Below, one piece after another: positions 1 through 14,000 of a stretch of DNA of 64,000 nucleotides. Origin of the DNA: Lentimicrobiaceae bacterium (lineage in GTDB: Bacteria; Bacteroidota; Bacteroidia; Bacteroidales; JAGNHN01); the NCBI GenBank assembly GCA_018001695.1, contig JAGNHN010000002.1, positions 31,602 to 95,601 of the forward strand, given 5' to 3'. The notes under the pieces are model-generated. The model was given only the letters and a program-made list of their open reading frames with translations, was not told where the DNA came from and did not search any database. Made by a program: the position numbers and the translations under genes. Within the stretch, counting starts at the first letter, position 1; the number at the start of each line of letters is the position of its first letter.

Positions 1-3000
1 TTCCTGTAGAAGTCCTCAGCAAGCCGGTTGCCTTCCCCACCAACAATGGTCCGGTATGTTACGGCTCTGATGTGGAACTCTATGGTAACACGCTGCCCGG
101 CACGATACCCGGTGCCATGTATCAGTGGTACAATGCTGCCGGTGTGCTGTTCTCCACAGACCAGAATCCGGTCGTGAGTGGCCTTGCTCCTGGTATGCAT
201 ACATTTGGATTGATCGTGACCGTTGATTACTGCCAGAGCAATATTGTCTTCACACATGTTGAAGTAGGTCAGATCCTTTCAGCGCCTGTTATGATGCCTG
301 ATACAGCAGTTTGTGCTGGTGGCACAATCACCTTGTATACCAACACGGTGGCCACTCAGTACTTCTGGACAGGCCCGAATGGATTCACTTCCAACTTGCA
401 GTATCCTCCGGTCATTGCCAGCGCCAATGGCAGCCACCAGGGGTTATACAAGCTGCACTATATGGTCGGAGGATGTCCTTCAGATACCGGCAGTGTATTT
501 GTCACAGTCAACAACAAACCTGCCAAGCCAGTATTGTACACCAACAGTCCTGTCTGCGAAGGCGACATGCTGATGCTGGCAACGACCTCTTCCTGTGGTA
601 TGTATACCTTCCAGGGATATGGCGCAGCATCATCAGGCAACCTCATCTACAACAATGTCAATCATCCGGATAGCATCCTGATGGTACCGACAGGCGGTCT
701 GCCGACTAATACTACTTACTGGACGGTTGTTTGCACAGATGTCACAACAGGATGCAGTTCAGATCCGTCTGACCTGGTTCCTGTTGAGATATTGAGCAGG
801 CCGGTTGCGTTCCCAACCAATAATGGTCCTGTATGTTACGGTGATCCTGTTGAATTATATGGGAATACCAATCCTGGCACCATCCCGGGCACCATGTACC
901 AGTGGTACAACCAGCTCGGTGTATTGGTATCCACGAATCAGAATCCGGTCATCCAGGGATTGACGCCTGGTAGCTACACCTATTCCCTGATCGTAACAGT
1001 TGGCAATTGCCAGAGCAATGCTGCCTTTACGACCTTCACTGTAGATAGTATTCTCCCGGCTCCTGCGATGCAGCCTGACTTCAGTGTCTGCGAAGGAAGT
1101 CCGATTGTGCTGTTCACCACTACTAATGCCGGCACTTACTTCTGGACCGGCCCGAACGGATTCACCTCCAACCTGCAATATCCTGCTGCCATCCAGAATG
1201 CCAGCGCTTTGAATGAAGGTTGGTACAAGCTGCATTACAGTTCAGGATCCTGCCCGTCCGATACCGACAGTGTATATGTAACAGTGATTAGCCTGCCGTC
1301 GACACCGACCATTGTCACCAACAGCCCGATCTGTGACGACGAGAACCTGGTTCTGACAACATCCACATCATGCGGAATGTATCAGTGGATAGGCCCTGCT
1401 GGTTCTTCACCTTCAACACTGTCCAATCCTTATCTGACGACGACTAGCAATACCACCAGTATACCTCCGACAGATTCGGCCTATATGGCAGGATTGTGGC
1501 AGGTCGTCTGTGTGGATCCCGTAACCGGATGCCAGAGCCTACCTTCACAACCGGTTAATGTGGTGATCAACCCTGTGCCGCAGGCCTTCCCGACGAACAA
1601 CAGCCCTGTTTGCCTGGGTGATGATGTCGAATTGTATGGTAATACCATCCCGGGTACCATTCCGGGAGCCATGTATCAGTGGTTCGACGACAGCACACCG
1701 CGCCAGTTGATCTCAACCAACAAGGATCCGGTGATCAGTAACCTGCCGGCCGGTACACATACCTTCTATCTGGTTGTGACCGTGGCCAACTGCAGCAGTG
1801 ACACCATCCCAACAATTGTTGAAGTAGCTCCGCAGCTCATTGCGCCTGTCGTTCCTGCTGATTTCGCTGTATGCGAAGACGATGCAATAATTCTGAGCAC
1901 TCCGACCATTGCTGACACCTACAAGTGGACCGGCCCGAACGGATACATCAGCTATCTGCAGCAGCCTCCGGCCATTCAGCCTGCTTCAGGTCTGAACCAG
2001 GGATGGTATGTACTCGTTGTGGGCATCGGCGGTTGTGAATCTGCTGCTGATTCTGTGTATGTGACCGTACATCCCAAGCCTGTCAAACCAGTGCTGGTGA
2101 CCAACTCACCTGTTTGTGAAGGTGACACATTGCGTCTCGGTACAACAGCCAGCTGCGGAACATACACCTTCGAGGGTTATGGTTCCTCACCGTCAGCCAA
2201 CCTGATCTTCAGCCTGACCAACCATCCGGACAGCCTGCTGAATATTGTTACTACCGGTCTGCCGACAAACTTCACCTACTGGACCGTAACCTGTGTTGAT
2301 CAGGTAACCGGATGCAGCTCAGATCCTTCTGATCTTGTTCCTGTTGAAATCCTGACACGTCCTGTGGCATTCCCAACCAACAATGGTCCGGTTTGCTACG
2401 GAAGTGATGTAACATTGTACGGCAACACCAATCCTGGCACCTTACCCGGAGCGATGTATCAGTGGTTTAATTCAGCCGGAACACTTGTATCAACCAACCA
2501 GAATCCTGTGATTTCCAACCTCACACCGGGTACCTATACCTATGGTTTGGTGGTCACGCTTGGCTATTGTGTCAGTGACATTGCCTACACCACATTCATT
2601 GTTGACAGCATATTGCCGGCACCAGTGATGCAGGCCAACTTCACGGTTTGTGAAGGTGATGCCATCTCGCTGTTCACGACAACCAATGCAAGCCAGTACT
2701 TCTGGACTGGTCCGAACGGGTTTGTTTCCAACCTGCAGAATCCTGCTGCCATCCTGAATGCATCAGTACTTAATGAAGGATGGTACAGCCTGCATTATAC
2801 CTCAGGTAACTGTCCGTCCGATACCGGCAAGGTCTATGTAACTGTTTACAGTCTGCCATCAACACCGACGATCGTTGCGAACACACCGCTCTGTGATGAT
2901 GAGAACCTTGTATTGACTACATCTACCGTATGCGGACAGTACCAGTGGATCGGACCTTTAGGTTCGTCGCCTGCTACCTTGTCGAATCCATATTTGACAA

Positions 3001-6000
3001 CCAATACCAATACAACCAGCATTCCTCCAACTGATGTGGCTTATGTTGCCGGTCAGTGGCAGGTAGTCTGTGTTGATCTGGCCACGGGTTGTCAGAGTCT
3101 GCCGTCTGCTCCTGTTAATGTCGTAATCAACCCGGTACCGGTAGCCTTCCCGACCAACAATGGCCCGGTCTGCTCCGGCCACCCGGTTGAACTCTATGGT
3201 AATACCGTTCCTGGAACGCTGCCTGGCGCCATGTACGAATGGTATGACAACAGTGTACCTAAGCAACTTATCTCCACGAACCAGAACCCCACGATCAACA
3301 ACCTGCCCGATGGCATCCATGTCTTCTACCTTGTTGTGACCGTGAATAACTGCGTCAGTGATATGGTTCCGACGACTGTCGTTGTCGCTCCGCTGCTGCC
3401 AGCACCCATTGTGCCTGCTGACTTTGCTGTCTGTGAAGGTGAAGCCATTGTGGTAAGCACCACAACAGCCGCCGATTACTATAAGTGGACAGGCCCGAAC
3501 GGTTACATCAGTTATCTGCAGAATCCTCCTGCCATTACCAATGCTACCGCCCTGAATGAAGGTTGGTATGTATTGATTGTTGGCGTAAATGGTTGTCAAT
3601 CAGCTGCAGACTCTGTGTATGTAACGGTGAATCCCAAACCAGCCGTACCTACGATGATTTCCAATAGTCCGTTGTGCGATGACGAGAATCTGATTCTCTC
3701 AACCGGTTCGGTCTGTGGCACTTATCTCTGGGTCGGCCCGATGGGATCAAGCCCGGCTGTCCTGAGCAACCCATACCTGACAACGACTACCCATTACACC
3801 GTGATTCCGCCGACCGATACAGCGTATATGTCAGGCCAGTGGCAAGTCATCTGTGTGGATGCCGTTACAGGTTGCCAGAGTGATCCTTCTCCGGCTATCA
3901 CAGTGACCATCAACCCGGTACCCCAGGCCTTCCCGACCAACAATGGTCCTATCTGCCTGGGTGCTGATGCCGTACTCTATGGTAACACCAACCCAGGAAC
4001 CCTGCCAGGTGCCCTCTACCAGTGGTATGATGATTCCAGCCCGAAACAGCTGGTATCCACCAATAAGGACGCTGTGATCAGTGGATTACCAGCAGGTTCA
4101 CATACCTTCTATCTGGTTGTGACTGTTGGTGGCTGTCCTTCCGACACGGTATCCACAACGATCGTGGTATCCCCGACCCTGCCGGCACCGATGCTGCCTG
4201 CCAACTTCGCCGTTTGTGAAGAACAGCCCATCGTTCTCTTCACAAATACAGTGGCAGACACCTATATCTGGACAGGTCCTAACGGATTCACCAGCAATCT
4301 GCAGAATCCTACAGCCATTGTCTCTGCCACCCAGCTTCATGAAGGCTGGTATAAGCTGAAAGTCGGTGTTGGCGGCTGCCAGTCCGAAGAAGACTCTGTC
4401 TATGTAACCGTTAATCCGCTGCCCGCTACACCGGTCATCACCTACAATGGCCCGATTTGCGACGGAGAGCTTCTGGTTCTCAGTACGACCGCCATCAGCT
4501 CCAGTTATCGCTGGACTGCTCCTGACGGAAGCACAACAGTGACAGTAGGTCCTGTGCTGCAGCTTGCCTCAGGCAGCGCGCTTTATCAGGACGGAAACTG
4601 GACGGTTGCCAGCATTGATACGCTAACCGGCTGTATCTCTCATGCTTCTGCTCCGGTCGATGTGGTCATCAAACCCGTACCGGCAGCCTTTGCGACGAAC
4701 AACGGACCAGTATGTAACGGCCAGGCATTCGTCCTGTATGGAAATACCATACCAGGTACCTTACCAGGCACGATGTATGCTTGGTATAGCGATGCGTTGC
4801 TGACCAACCTGGTCTCGACTGATCAGAATCCGCTCATGACTGGCTACGCAAGTGGTTCATACACGTTCTACCTGGTAGTGACTGTCAATGGTTGCGTATC
4901 ACCGGCTGCTCAGACAACCGTAGTTGTTAAGCCGACACCGCAACCTCCGGTCATGCCGGCACCTTTTGCCGTATGTGAAGAGGACGCTATTGTGTTGTCA
5001 ACCACAACTCTTGCTGATGCTTATCTGTGGACCGGCCCCAGTGGATTTACTTCCACACTGCAGTATCCGGCAGCTATCCTGAATGCATCCTCCCTGAATC
5101 AGGGTTGGTATAAATTATATGTAACGGTGAATGGTTGTGCAAGCGCAAGCGATTCGGTATTTGTGACCGTTAATCCGCTGCCGACCACACCGGTGATCAC
5201 TTCCAATGGACCGATTTGCAATGGAGAGATCCTGGTATTGTCAACAACCGCTGTCGCTGGCAATTATCGTTGGACTGCTCCAGACGGATCCACTGAAGTG
5301 ACAGGTACATCCACCCTGACCATCAATGCAGGCAATGCATTGTACCAGGATGGTATGTGGACCGTTACATCGATCAATACCGTTACGGGTTGCGAAAGCC
5401 ATATCTCACAACCGGTGAATGTGGTCATAACTCCTGTGCCTGTTGCATTTGCCAGCAACAGTGGCCCGGTTTGCTCAGGATTTGACGTACAACTCTTCGG
5501 TAATACCGTGCCGGGTACGCTTCCGGGCACCATGTATGCATGGTATGCCGATGCTGCCCTGACAACCCTTGTTTCACCGCAGCAGAACCCGATCATTGCC
5601 GGATTACCTGATGGCTCACATACCTTCTATCTGGTCGTCACCGTGAACGGTTGCCAGAGCTTACCTGTCGCCACAACAGCGGTTGTTTCTCCGATCCTTG
5701 CCCCTCCGCAGATGCAAAGTAATGTTGCAGTCTGTGAAGAAGGCGATATCATGTTGTTCACACCTACCCTGGCTGACAACTACAATTGGACCGGACCTAA
5801 CGGATTCACTTCCAATCTGCAGTATCCTGCTGTGATCCAGAATGCTTCATCTCTGCATCAGGGATGGTATAAGCTTTCGGTGACCATCAACGGCTGCGGA
5901 TCGGCAACAGACTCTGTCTTCGTGACAGTCCATCCGCTGCCTGTGACACCTGTAATCACATACAACGGACCCATCTGCGACAGCAGCGTTCTTGTATTGA

Positions 6001-9000
6001 GCACGACAGCTATCGGCCACGAATACATCTGGACTGCGCCAGACGGCAGCATGACCACAACCTATATTCCGTCCCTGGGTATCCAGTACGGTGCCAACCT
6101 CTATCAGGATGGTTGGTGGACCGTTGCCATCCATGATACGAATACAGGTTGCACCGGCCATAATGCCGCACCTGTCAATGTCGTGATCAAGCCCGTACCA
6201 GTAGCGCATGCTGTGAACAGCGGCCCGGTATGTGCCGGTCAGGCATTCACACTGCATGGCAACACGGTTCCGGGTACCGTATCCGGCGCCATGTATGCAT
6301 GGTATGGTGACATCCAGCTTACAAACCTGTTCTCGACAGATCAGACGGTTACATTGAGTGGACTAACACCTGGTGTATACAACTTCTACCTGGTTGTGAC
6401 TGTTGATGGTTGTTCCTCCACGCCGGATGAAACAGAAGTGATTGTGCTACCCGTGCCGCCTGCACCGGTTGTTCCGGCAGCCTTCGCCGTATGCGCCGGT
6501 GACGCTATCGTGCTTAGCACGCCGACCTTAGCCAATGCTTATCAATGGACAGGTCCGAACGGATTTGTTTCTAACCTGCAGAATCCTGCTGCGATCCTGA
6601 ACGCCACTGCCCTGAACCAGGGATGGTATGTGCTCAGCGTCATCAGCAATGGATGTCCGTCGGCCAAGGATTCGGTCTATGTGACCGTCAATCCGCTACC
6701 GGCTACTCCGGTGATTACAAGCAACGGACCCATCTGTGAAGGTGAAAACCTCATCCTTTCTACCACGGCCAATTGTGGAACCTACCGCTGGACAGCACCG
6801 GATGGCAGTGTAACAACAACGATTCTGCCGTCACTGGTCATTGCCTCTACCAGCAACCTATATCAGGATGGTCCATGGACCGTGGTTTGCATCAACAACG
6901 TCACTGGATGTGAAAGCTTCGCATCTGCACCGGTTCAGGTTGTCATCAATCCTGTTCCTCTGGCTATTGCACAGAACAACGGACCTGTATGCTCGACCTT
7001 CGACGTTCAGCTGTTCGGGAACACCATTCCAGGAACGTTGCCGGGTGCTATGTACACATGGTACAGCGATGCTACCCTTACCAATGTGGTTTCCACGCTC
7101 CAGAATCCGGTCATCAGCAACCTGCCTGATGGTCTGCACACCTTCTATCTGGTTGTAACCGTGAACGGTTGCCAGTCCCTGCCTGTATCTACGACTGCCA
7201 CGGTATCCCCGATTCTGGCACCGCCGCAGATGCAGCCTGACTTCGCTGTATGTGCTGAAGATGCCATTGTGCTGACAACACCAACACAAGCTGACATCTA
7301 TCACTGGACCGGTCCTAACGGGTTTATCTCCAACCTGCAGCATCCGCCGGCAATCCTGAATGCTTCCATCCTGAACCAGGGATGGTATGTTCTCTCGGTA
7401 ACCATCAATGGTTGCGGATCCGCACAGGATTCCGTATTCGTGACGGTGAATCCGCTGCCGGCCACACCGGTATTGAGCTCCAACCAACCCATCTGCGAGG
7501 GTGAAGACCTGACATTCTACACCACGGTCATCGCCAGCAGTTACATCTGGACTGCCCCTGACGGCAGCACGATCACCACAGTTGGACCCAATCTCGTTGT
7601 CACCGCAACGCATCCGCTATACCAGGATGGTAACTGGACGGTAAATGCCATAGATACGCTCACTGGCTGCATCAGCCATACCTCACTGCCGGTTGATGTC
7701 GTGATCAAGCCTGTGCCGATCGCACTGGCTGGTAACAGTGGCCCCGTATGTTCTGGTAACACCGTGCAGCTCTATGGTGATGCCATCACATGGTGTATGC
7801 CTTGTGTGATCTATACCTGGTATGATGGTGATCCGCTTGCAGGAGGCACCCTGATCTCCGTGCAGCAGAATCCGATCATTGCCGGTCTGCCCGATGGCAA
7901 CCATACCTTCTGGCTGGTAGTCATTGTGGACGGCTGTGCTTCTATTCCGGTACCCACCACCGTGGTGGTCGCCCCGATACTACCAGCACCGCAATTGCCT
8001 GCAGACTTCGCTGTCTGTGAAGGAGATGTGATCCAGTTGGCCACGACAACGATCGCCAACAATTACTTCTGGAGCGGTCCCGCCGGGTTCACTTCGAATC
8101 TGCAGCAACCGCACGTCATCCTGAATGCTCAATGGTACAATGAAGGATGGTACAGACTTTATGTTGAAGGTAATGGATGTATCTCACTGACAGATTCTGT
8201 CTATGTGACGGTTAATCCCAAACCGGCAACGCCAGTGCTGACCACCAATTCGCCAATTTGCGAAGGGGACAACCTGTTACTAACAACAACTGCCAGCAGT
8301 GATCAGTACAGGTGGACAGCTCCCGACGGATCCTTCATCCTAACCTGGGCACCCATCCTGAACATCGTATCAACTGATACATTCTATCAGGATGGTCCAT
8401 GGACTGTCAGCTGTATTGATACGGCAACGGGATGTGAAAGCGATCATTCTGCAATCAAGGATGTCGTTATCAACCCTGTACCCCTTGCCTTTGCAACTAA
8501 CAGCGGTCCAGTTTGCTCCGGATTTGATGTCCAGTTGTTTGGAAACACCATTCCTGGAACCTTACCGGGAACAATGTACACCTGGTATAGCGATGCCGCG
8601 CTGACGACCATCATCTCCACCTTGCAGAATCCGGTTATCACGGGCTTACCCGACGGTAACCACACCTTCTACCTCGTGGTAACGGTTGATAATTGCGAAT
8701 CCATTGCCGTACCTACTACAGCAACAGTGTCTCCGATCCTTGCACCTCCGCAGGTCCCTGCCAACTTTGCAGTCTGCGCCGGTGATGCCATCGTATTGTC
8801 GACACCGACTTTGGCCGATGTTTACCATTGGACAGGTCCTAATGGATTCACTTCTAACCTGCAGCATCCTGCAGCTATCCAGAATGCCAGCATACTTAAC
8901 CAGGGATGGTACACCTTGTCGGTAACCATCAATGGTTGCGGTTCAGCACAGGATTCAGTGTATGTGACGGTCAATCCGTTGCCTGTCACCCCTGTCATTT

Positions 9001-11040
9001 CCAGCAATGCACCCATCTGTGCAGGATCTGACCTGGTACTGAGCACCACAGCAACTGGCTTCCATTATCTCTGGACAGCACCTGATGGTTCAACAGCTAC
9101 CACCACAGTACCGACCTTGGTCGTCAGTGCTAGTGCTGCCCTCTATCAGGGTGGTATGTGGACCGTTACGGCAATCGATACAGTGACTGCATGCGCAAGC
9201 AACGCTTCGGCACCGCTACAGGTTGTTATCTATCCTGTGCCACTGGCCATCGCATCCAACAGTGGTCCGGTATGCTCCGGATTTGACATCCAGCTATTTG
9301 GAAATACGATTCCAGGAACATTGCCTGGAGCTATGTATACCTGGTATAGCAATGCAGCCCTGACCAATGTTGTTTCCACACTCCAGAATCCGATCATTTC
9401 GGGTCTGGCAGACGGCTTGCACACCTTCTGGCTTGTCGTCACTGTTGATGGATGCAACTCGCTGTCCGTGTCAACCACTGCTACGATCTCTCCGATACTT
9501 GCCCCGCCACAGGTACCAGCCAACTTCGCTGTCTGTGCAGAGGATGCTATCGTCCTGAGTACATCCACGCAGGCTGATGTGTATAATTGGACCGGACCAA
9601 ACGGTTTCGTTTCCAACCTGCAGAACCCGCCGGCTATCACGAATGCCAGCATTCTCAACCAGGGTTGGTACAAACTGTCGGTTGTTATCAATGGTTGCGG
9701 ATCTGCACAGGATTCTGTGTATGTGACTGTGAACCCGCTACCGGCAACACCGGTTCTGATCTCCAATTCGCCGATTTGCGCCGGAGAAGATCTGGTGCTC
9801 TCAACGACTGCCAACAGCAGCCAATACCGCTGGACAGCACCCGATGGCTCCACTATCTATACCTTACTGCCGGTCCTGACGATTACCTCCACCCAGGCTG
9901 GTTATCAGCAGGGAATGTGGACGGTGACGACCATCAACACGGCAACAGGATGTGAAAGCCATATCTCACTGCCTGTGAATGTCGAAATCCGTCCTGTACC
10001 GCTGGCTTTGGCAAGCAACAGTAGCCCGGTATGCTCCGGACATAGTGTGCAGCTCTTCGGTTCTGCGCAGCCCGGTTGCATCGGATGCACTGCCTACGCG
10101 TGGTACAATGGTAATCCGCTGGCAGGTGGCACGCTGATTTCACTCCAGCAGAACCCGGTGATCACCGGACTTGCTGATGGTGTACATACTTTCTGGCTGG
10201 TTGCTACTATTAACGGTTGTGCTTCTATCCCAGTTACCACGACGGTTACGGTGAATCCGCCGCTGCCTGCACCGGTACTCCCGGCTGACTTCGCTGTTTG
10301 TCAGGGGGAAATGATCCAACTTAGCACTACAACCATCGCGGATGAGTATTACTGGACAGGCCCGAATGGCTTTACATCCAACCTGCAGCACCCTGCTGGC
10401 TTCGGACCTGCTACTCTTGCTCATACAGGATATTATGTGCTTAAAGTACGCCAGAATGGTTGCCTCTCACTTGCTGACAGTGTACTGGTAACAGTGAATC
10501 CGCTGCCGGCTACACCTGTGCTGATGACGAATGCACCCGTATGCCAGGGTCAGGATCTGGTCTTCACGACCACAGCCAACTGCGGTACCTACCATTGGAC
10601 AGCACCTAACGGCATCACTGTTACAACCATTGTTCCGGTACTCACCGTTACCAGCACACATGCCCTCTATCTGCCTGGCTTATGGCAGGTGGTATGTGAG
10701 GACACAACCACTGGCTGCATCAGCCTACCTTCAGTACCGGTGAATGCTGTCATCAATCCTGTGCCGCTCGCCATTGCTGACAACGGTGGCAATGTATGCC
10801 AGGGTCAGCCCGTCATGCTGTACGGCAATACAGTGCCAGGCACCTTACCAGGCACACTTTACACCTGGTATGCAGACGCTGCCCTGACAACGGTTGTATC
10901 CACAGCACAAAACCCTGTGTTGAACAACGTCGCTGCTGGTACGCATACCTACTACCTGGTTGTTACGGTCAACGGCTGTACCTCAGCTGCTGCAATGACA
11001 ACACTGACAGTTTACAGCGTACCTGCTGCACCGGCACCAA
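1..11040 (+). repeat. Coding tandem super-repeat array (~770 bp unit, ~15 units, each with three Ig-like modules)
   Basis: The motif (V/F)xL(Y/F)GNTxPGTxPGxMYxWY recurs about every 257 aa. WTGPNGFxSNLQxP and YRWTAPDGS / YQWIGP / TFQGYG modules lie between copies. The end coordinate is approximate; modules become irregular after ~11.0 kb. Confidence 0.85.
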
Positions 11041-14000
11041 GCTCGAACAGCCCCGTCTGTGAAGGCGGCAACATCATGCTGTATGCCAATGTCAGTGGAT
11101 TAAGCTACCAGTGGACCGGCCCGAATGGGTTCAACAGCACACTGGAGAATCCGGTCATCACCAATGCTGGCCTGCTGAATGATGGTTACTATCAGCTGAT
11201 CGTATCCCAGAACGGATGCTTCTCGGCACCGACCAGCATCCAGGTGGATATCCGTCCGCGTCCTGCAACACCGGTGATCAGCAGCAACGGGCCTATCTGC
11301 TCCGGCAGTGATCTCGTACTAAGCACTACATCCTACTCGGGCAACTCAGTGGTCTACTACTGGAATGGCCCGGCAGGATATGCTGACACAACCAATGTAG
11401 CATCGGCCATCGTTACCAATACCACGGCAGCACAAGCTGGTTATTATCAGGTTGCTGTCTCCGTGGATGGCTGTATCTCCCTACTTTCCGCTCCGCTGCA
11501 GGTTGTGGTGAACAACCAGCCTGTCGCTCCGGCGCCTGTAGCAACATACAGTGATACAGCCTTCTGTAGTGGTGGCACGATTACGCTGACCGCAACCGGT
11601 GCTGCTACCCATACTTATCAGTGGACTGGTCCTAACGGATTTGTTGCCACTGGTCAGACTGTCACGATCACCAATGCTACCGTCGCTTACAATGGCACTT
11701 ACACCGTTGTGGTGAGCAATGGCAACTGCACAGCAAGTGGCTCTGTGACCTTCAACAGTGTACAGCCGATCCCAACAACACCGCCGATCAGCAGCCCGCA
11801 GCCTTTATGCGAAGGAGATATCCTGATGCTGAGCACGGTGGCGTACAATGGTGTTAATGTACAGTACCACTGGACAACACCATCAGGTGTCGTTACGACC
11901 ACGGTACCTAACCTGGTGATCAACCCTGTGGCAGCAAGCCATGCAGGCAACTACCAGGTGACCGTATCTGTCAATGGTTGTTACTCACTGCCATCTGCTG
12001 TAGCAGTCGTGGTTGTCATTCCGACTCCGCCGATGCCTGTTATCGTAGCCAACGACAGTGTATTCTGCGAAGGCGAGATGCTGCAGCTCTACACACCTGC
12101 GCTGGCATCCATGTACTTCTGGAGCGGCCCCAACGGCTTCGCTTCCGGGGCACAGCAACCTCCGGTCATTGGTCCGCTCATGCCGCAGCATAGTGGAACC
12201 TATCAGTTGTTCGTGGCCAGTGTGAATGGCTGTACATCACCCACACGTACACTCAATGTGGTGGTACATCCCAGACCGCTTACACCTGTGCTAAGTGCGA
12301 ACAGCCCTGTTTGTCAGGGTGATGTTCTCACGCTCAGCACGACATCCGTATGTGGCAACTACACCTGGACTGCCCCGAATGGTGCACAGGCAACAACGAC
12401 GACGAATACCCTGAATGTAACCTCAGGGTCGGCGCTCTATCAGGCTGGAAACTGGACAGTTGTCTGCACCAATGTGCTGACAGGCTGCTCCTCACTCCCA
12501 TCCTTACCTGTGAATGTCACTATCGCTCCGGTACCGGTTTCTGTGCCAAGTAACAATGGCCCGGTATGTGCCGGATCTCCGGTGACCTTGTTCGGTAATA
12601 CTGTTCCTAACGCTACCTATTACTGGTACAACCATATTTCCGGTGGTGTTGGCACCTTGATTTCGACAAACCAGAATCATACGGTTTACGGACTTGCCCC
12701 GGGTACATACATCTATTATCTGGTTGTAAGTACCGGATGTAAGAGCGATACCATTCCAACGACTGTTATCGTCAAACCTGTGCCGGCCGCACCGTTGCCA
12801 ACCAACAATGGTCCTGTATGTACAGGCAGCAACATCCAGCTGTTCGCCAACGTAGTAGCTGATAGCTACCTCTGGACCGGCCCAGGCGGATTTACCAGCC
12901 TGCTTGCGAACCCGTCCATTGGTAATGCCACAGCAGCCAACGCCGGATTCTACTACCTGACGGTAACCATCAACGGATGTACTTCACCTGCAGGCATGAC
13001 CCAGGTCGATGTGGTCGGATCGAATATCATTCCGGTCATTTCGGGCAACAGTCCGCTCTGCGAAGGCGATATGCTCATCCTGAACTCCACGGTGCTCAGT
13101 GGTACCGGACCAGTGACGTACACTTGGTACGGACCTTCTGGCCTCACGGCGACTACGAGCTCACCGACCTATATCATTCCGACGGTAACACCGGCCAACA
13201 CAGGGCTCTATTACATGATCGCCACCATCAATGGCTGTCAGACACAACCCTCAGCGCCTGTTTACATTCAGGTTAAGCCGCTCCCGGCCAAGCCGACCAT
13301 CTTTGGCAATACCCCGGTCTGTGAAGGCGACAATATTATCGTCTTCACATATACGCCGGCTGATGCCTACCATTGGACCGGACCGAACGGATTCACATCC
13401 AATCTCCAGAATCCGCCGGCCATCACCAATGTAACGGTCAATAATACCGGCCTCTATAAGTTGAATGTAACGATCAACGGTTGTACCTCACCCGATACCA
13501 GCATCTTTATCACGGTGAATCCGACACCCGCCACACCGTTCCTCATCAGCAACAGCCCGGTATGCAACGGCGACAGCATCGTACTGATTGCTACCTCAGG
13601 CTCCGATGGCTACATCTGGACCCTTCCGTCAAGTCAGACTGTTACAACCACAGACAGTGTACTGGTGATCTATCCTGCACTGCCTTCCAATGCAGGCACA
13701 TACACTGTGAAGGCTAAGGTTGGCAACTGCATCTCACTGGCATCGCTACCTGAACTGGTGGAAGTCATGACGGTACCTCCGGATATTGCCTATGCAGGTC
13801 AAGACATCATCGTCTGCGCCGGCCAAAGCCCGGTGATGGTTTCAGGAAATATCACATCACTCTCCGGACTCTGGACAACCAGCAGTACGGCGGTGATCGT
13901 GAGCCCGACCTCACCGAACACCATCGTGACCAACCTGGTCGAAGGTCAGAGCTATGTCCTATACTGGACCTTGTACAACCCGGGTTGCGGTGATTACTCC

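Noticed and set aside
72-204. The ORF-track Met at 72 as the start of the giant adhesin, and the 62-aa antisense ORF at 16-204.
   Set aside because: The same frame is open from nt 3 and already encodes the repeat consensus (PVAFPTNNGPVCYGSDVELYGN). The gene therefore begins upstream of the window. The antisense ORF is a shadow.
2958-9853. Long antisense ORFs inside the adhesin repeats (for example 2958-3599, 6858-7613, 9230-9853, 5847-6257).
   Set aside because: They recur with the repeat period and have no start context or recognisable domains. They lie wholly inside a strongly supported CDS. They are artefacts of repetitive, stop-poor antisense frames.
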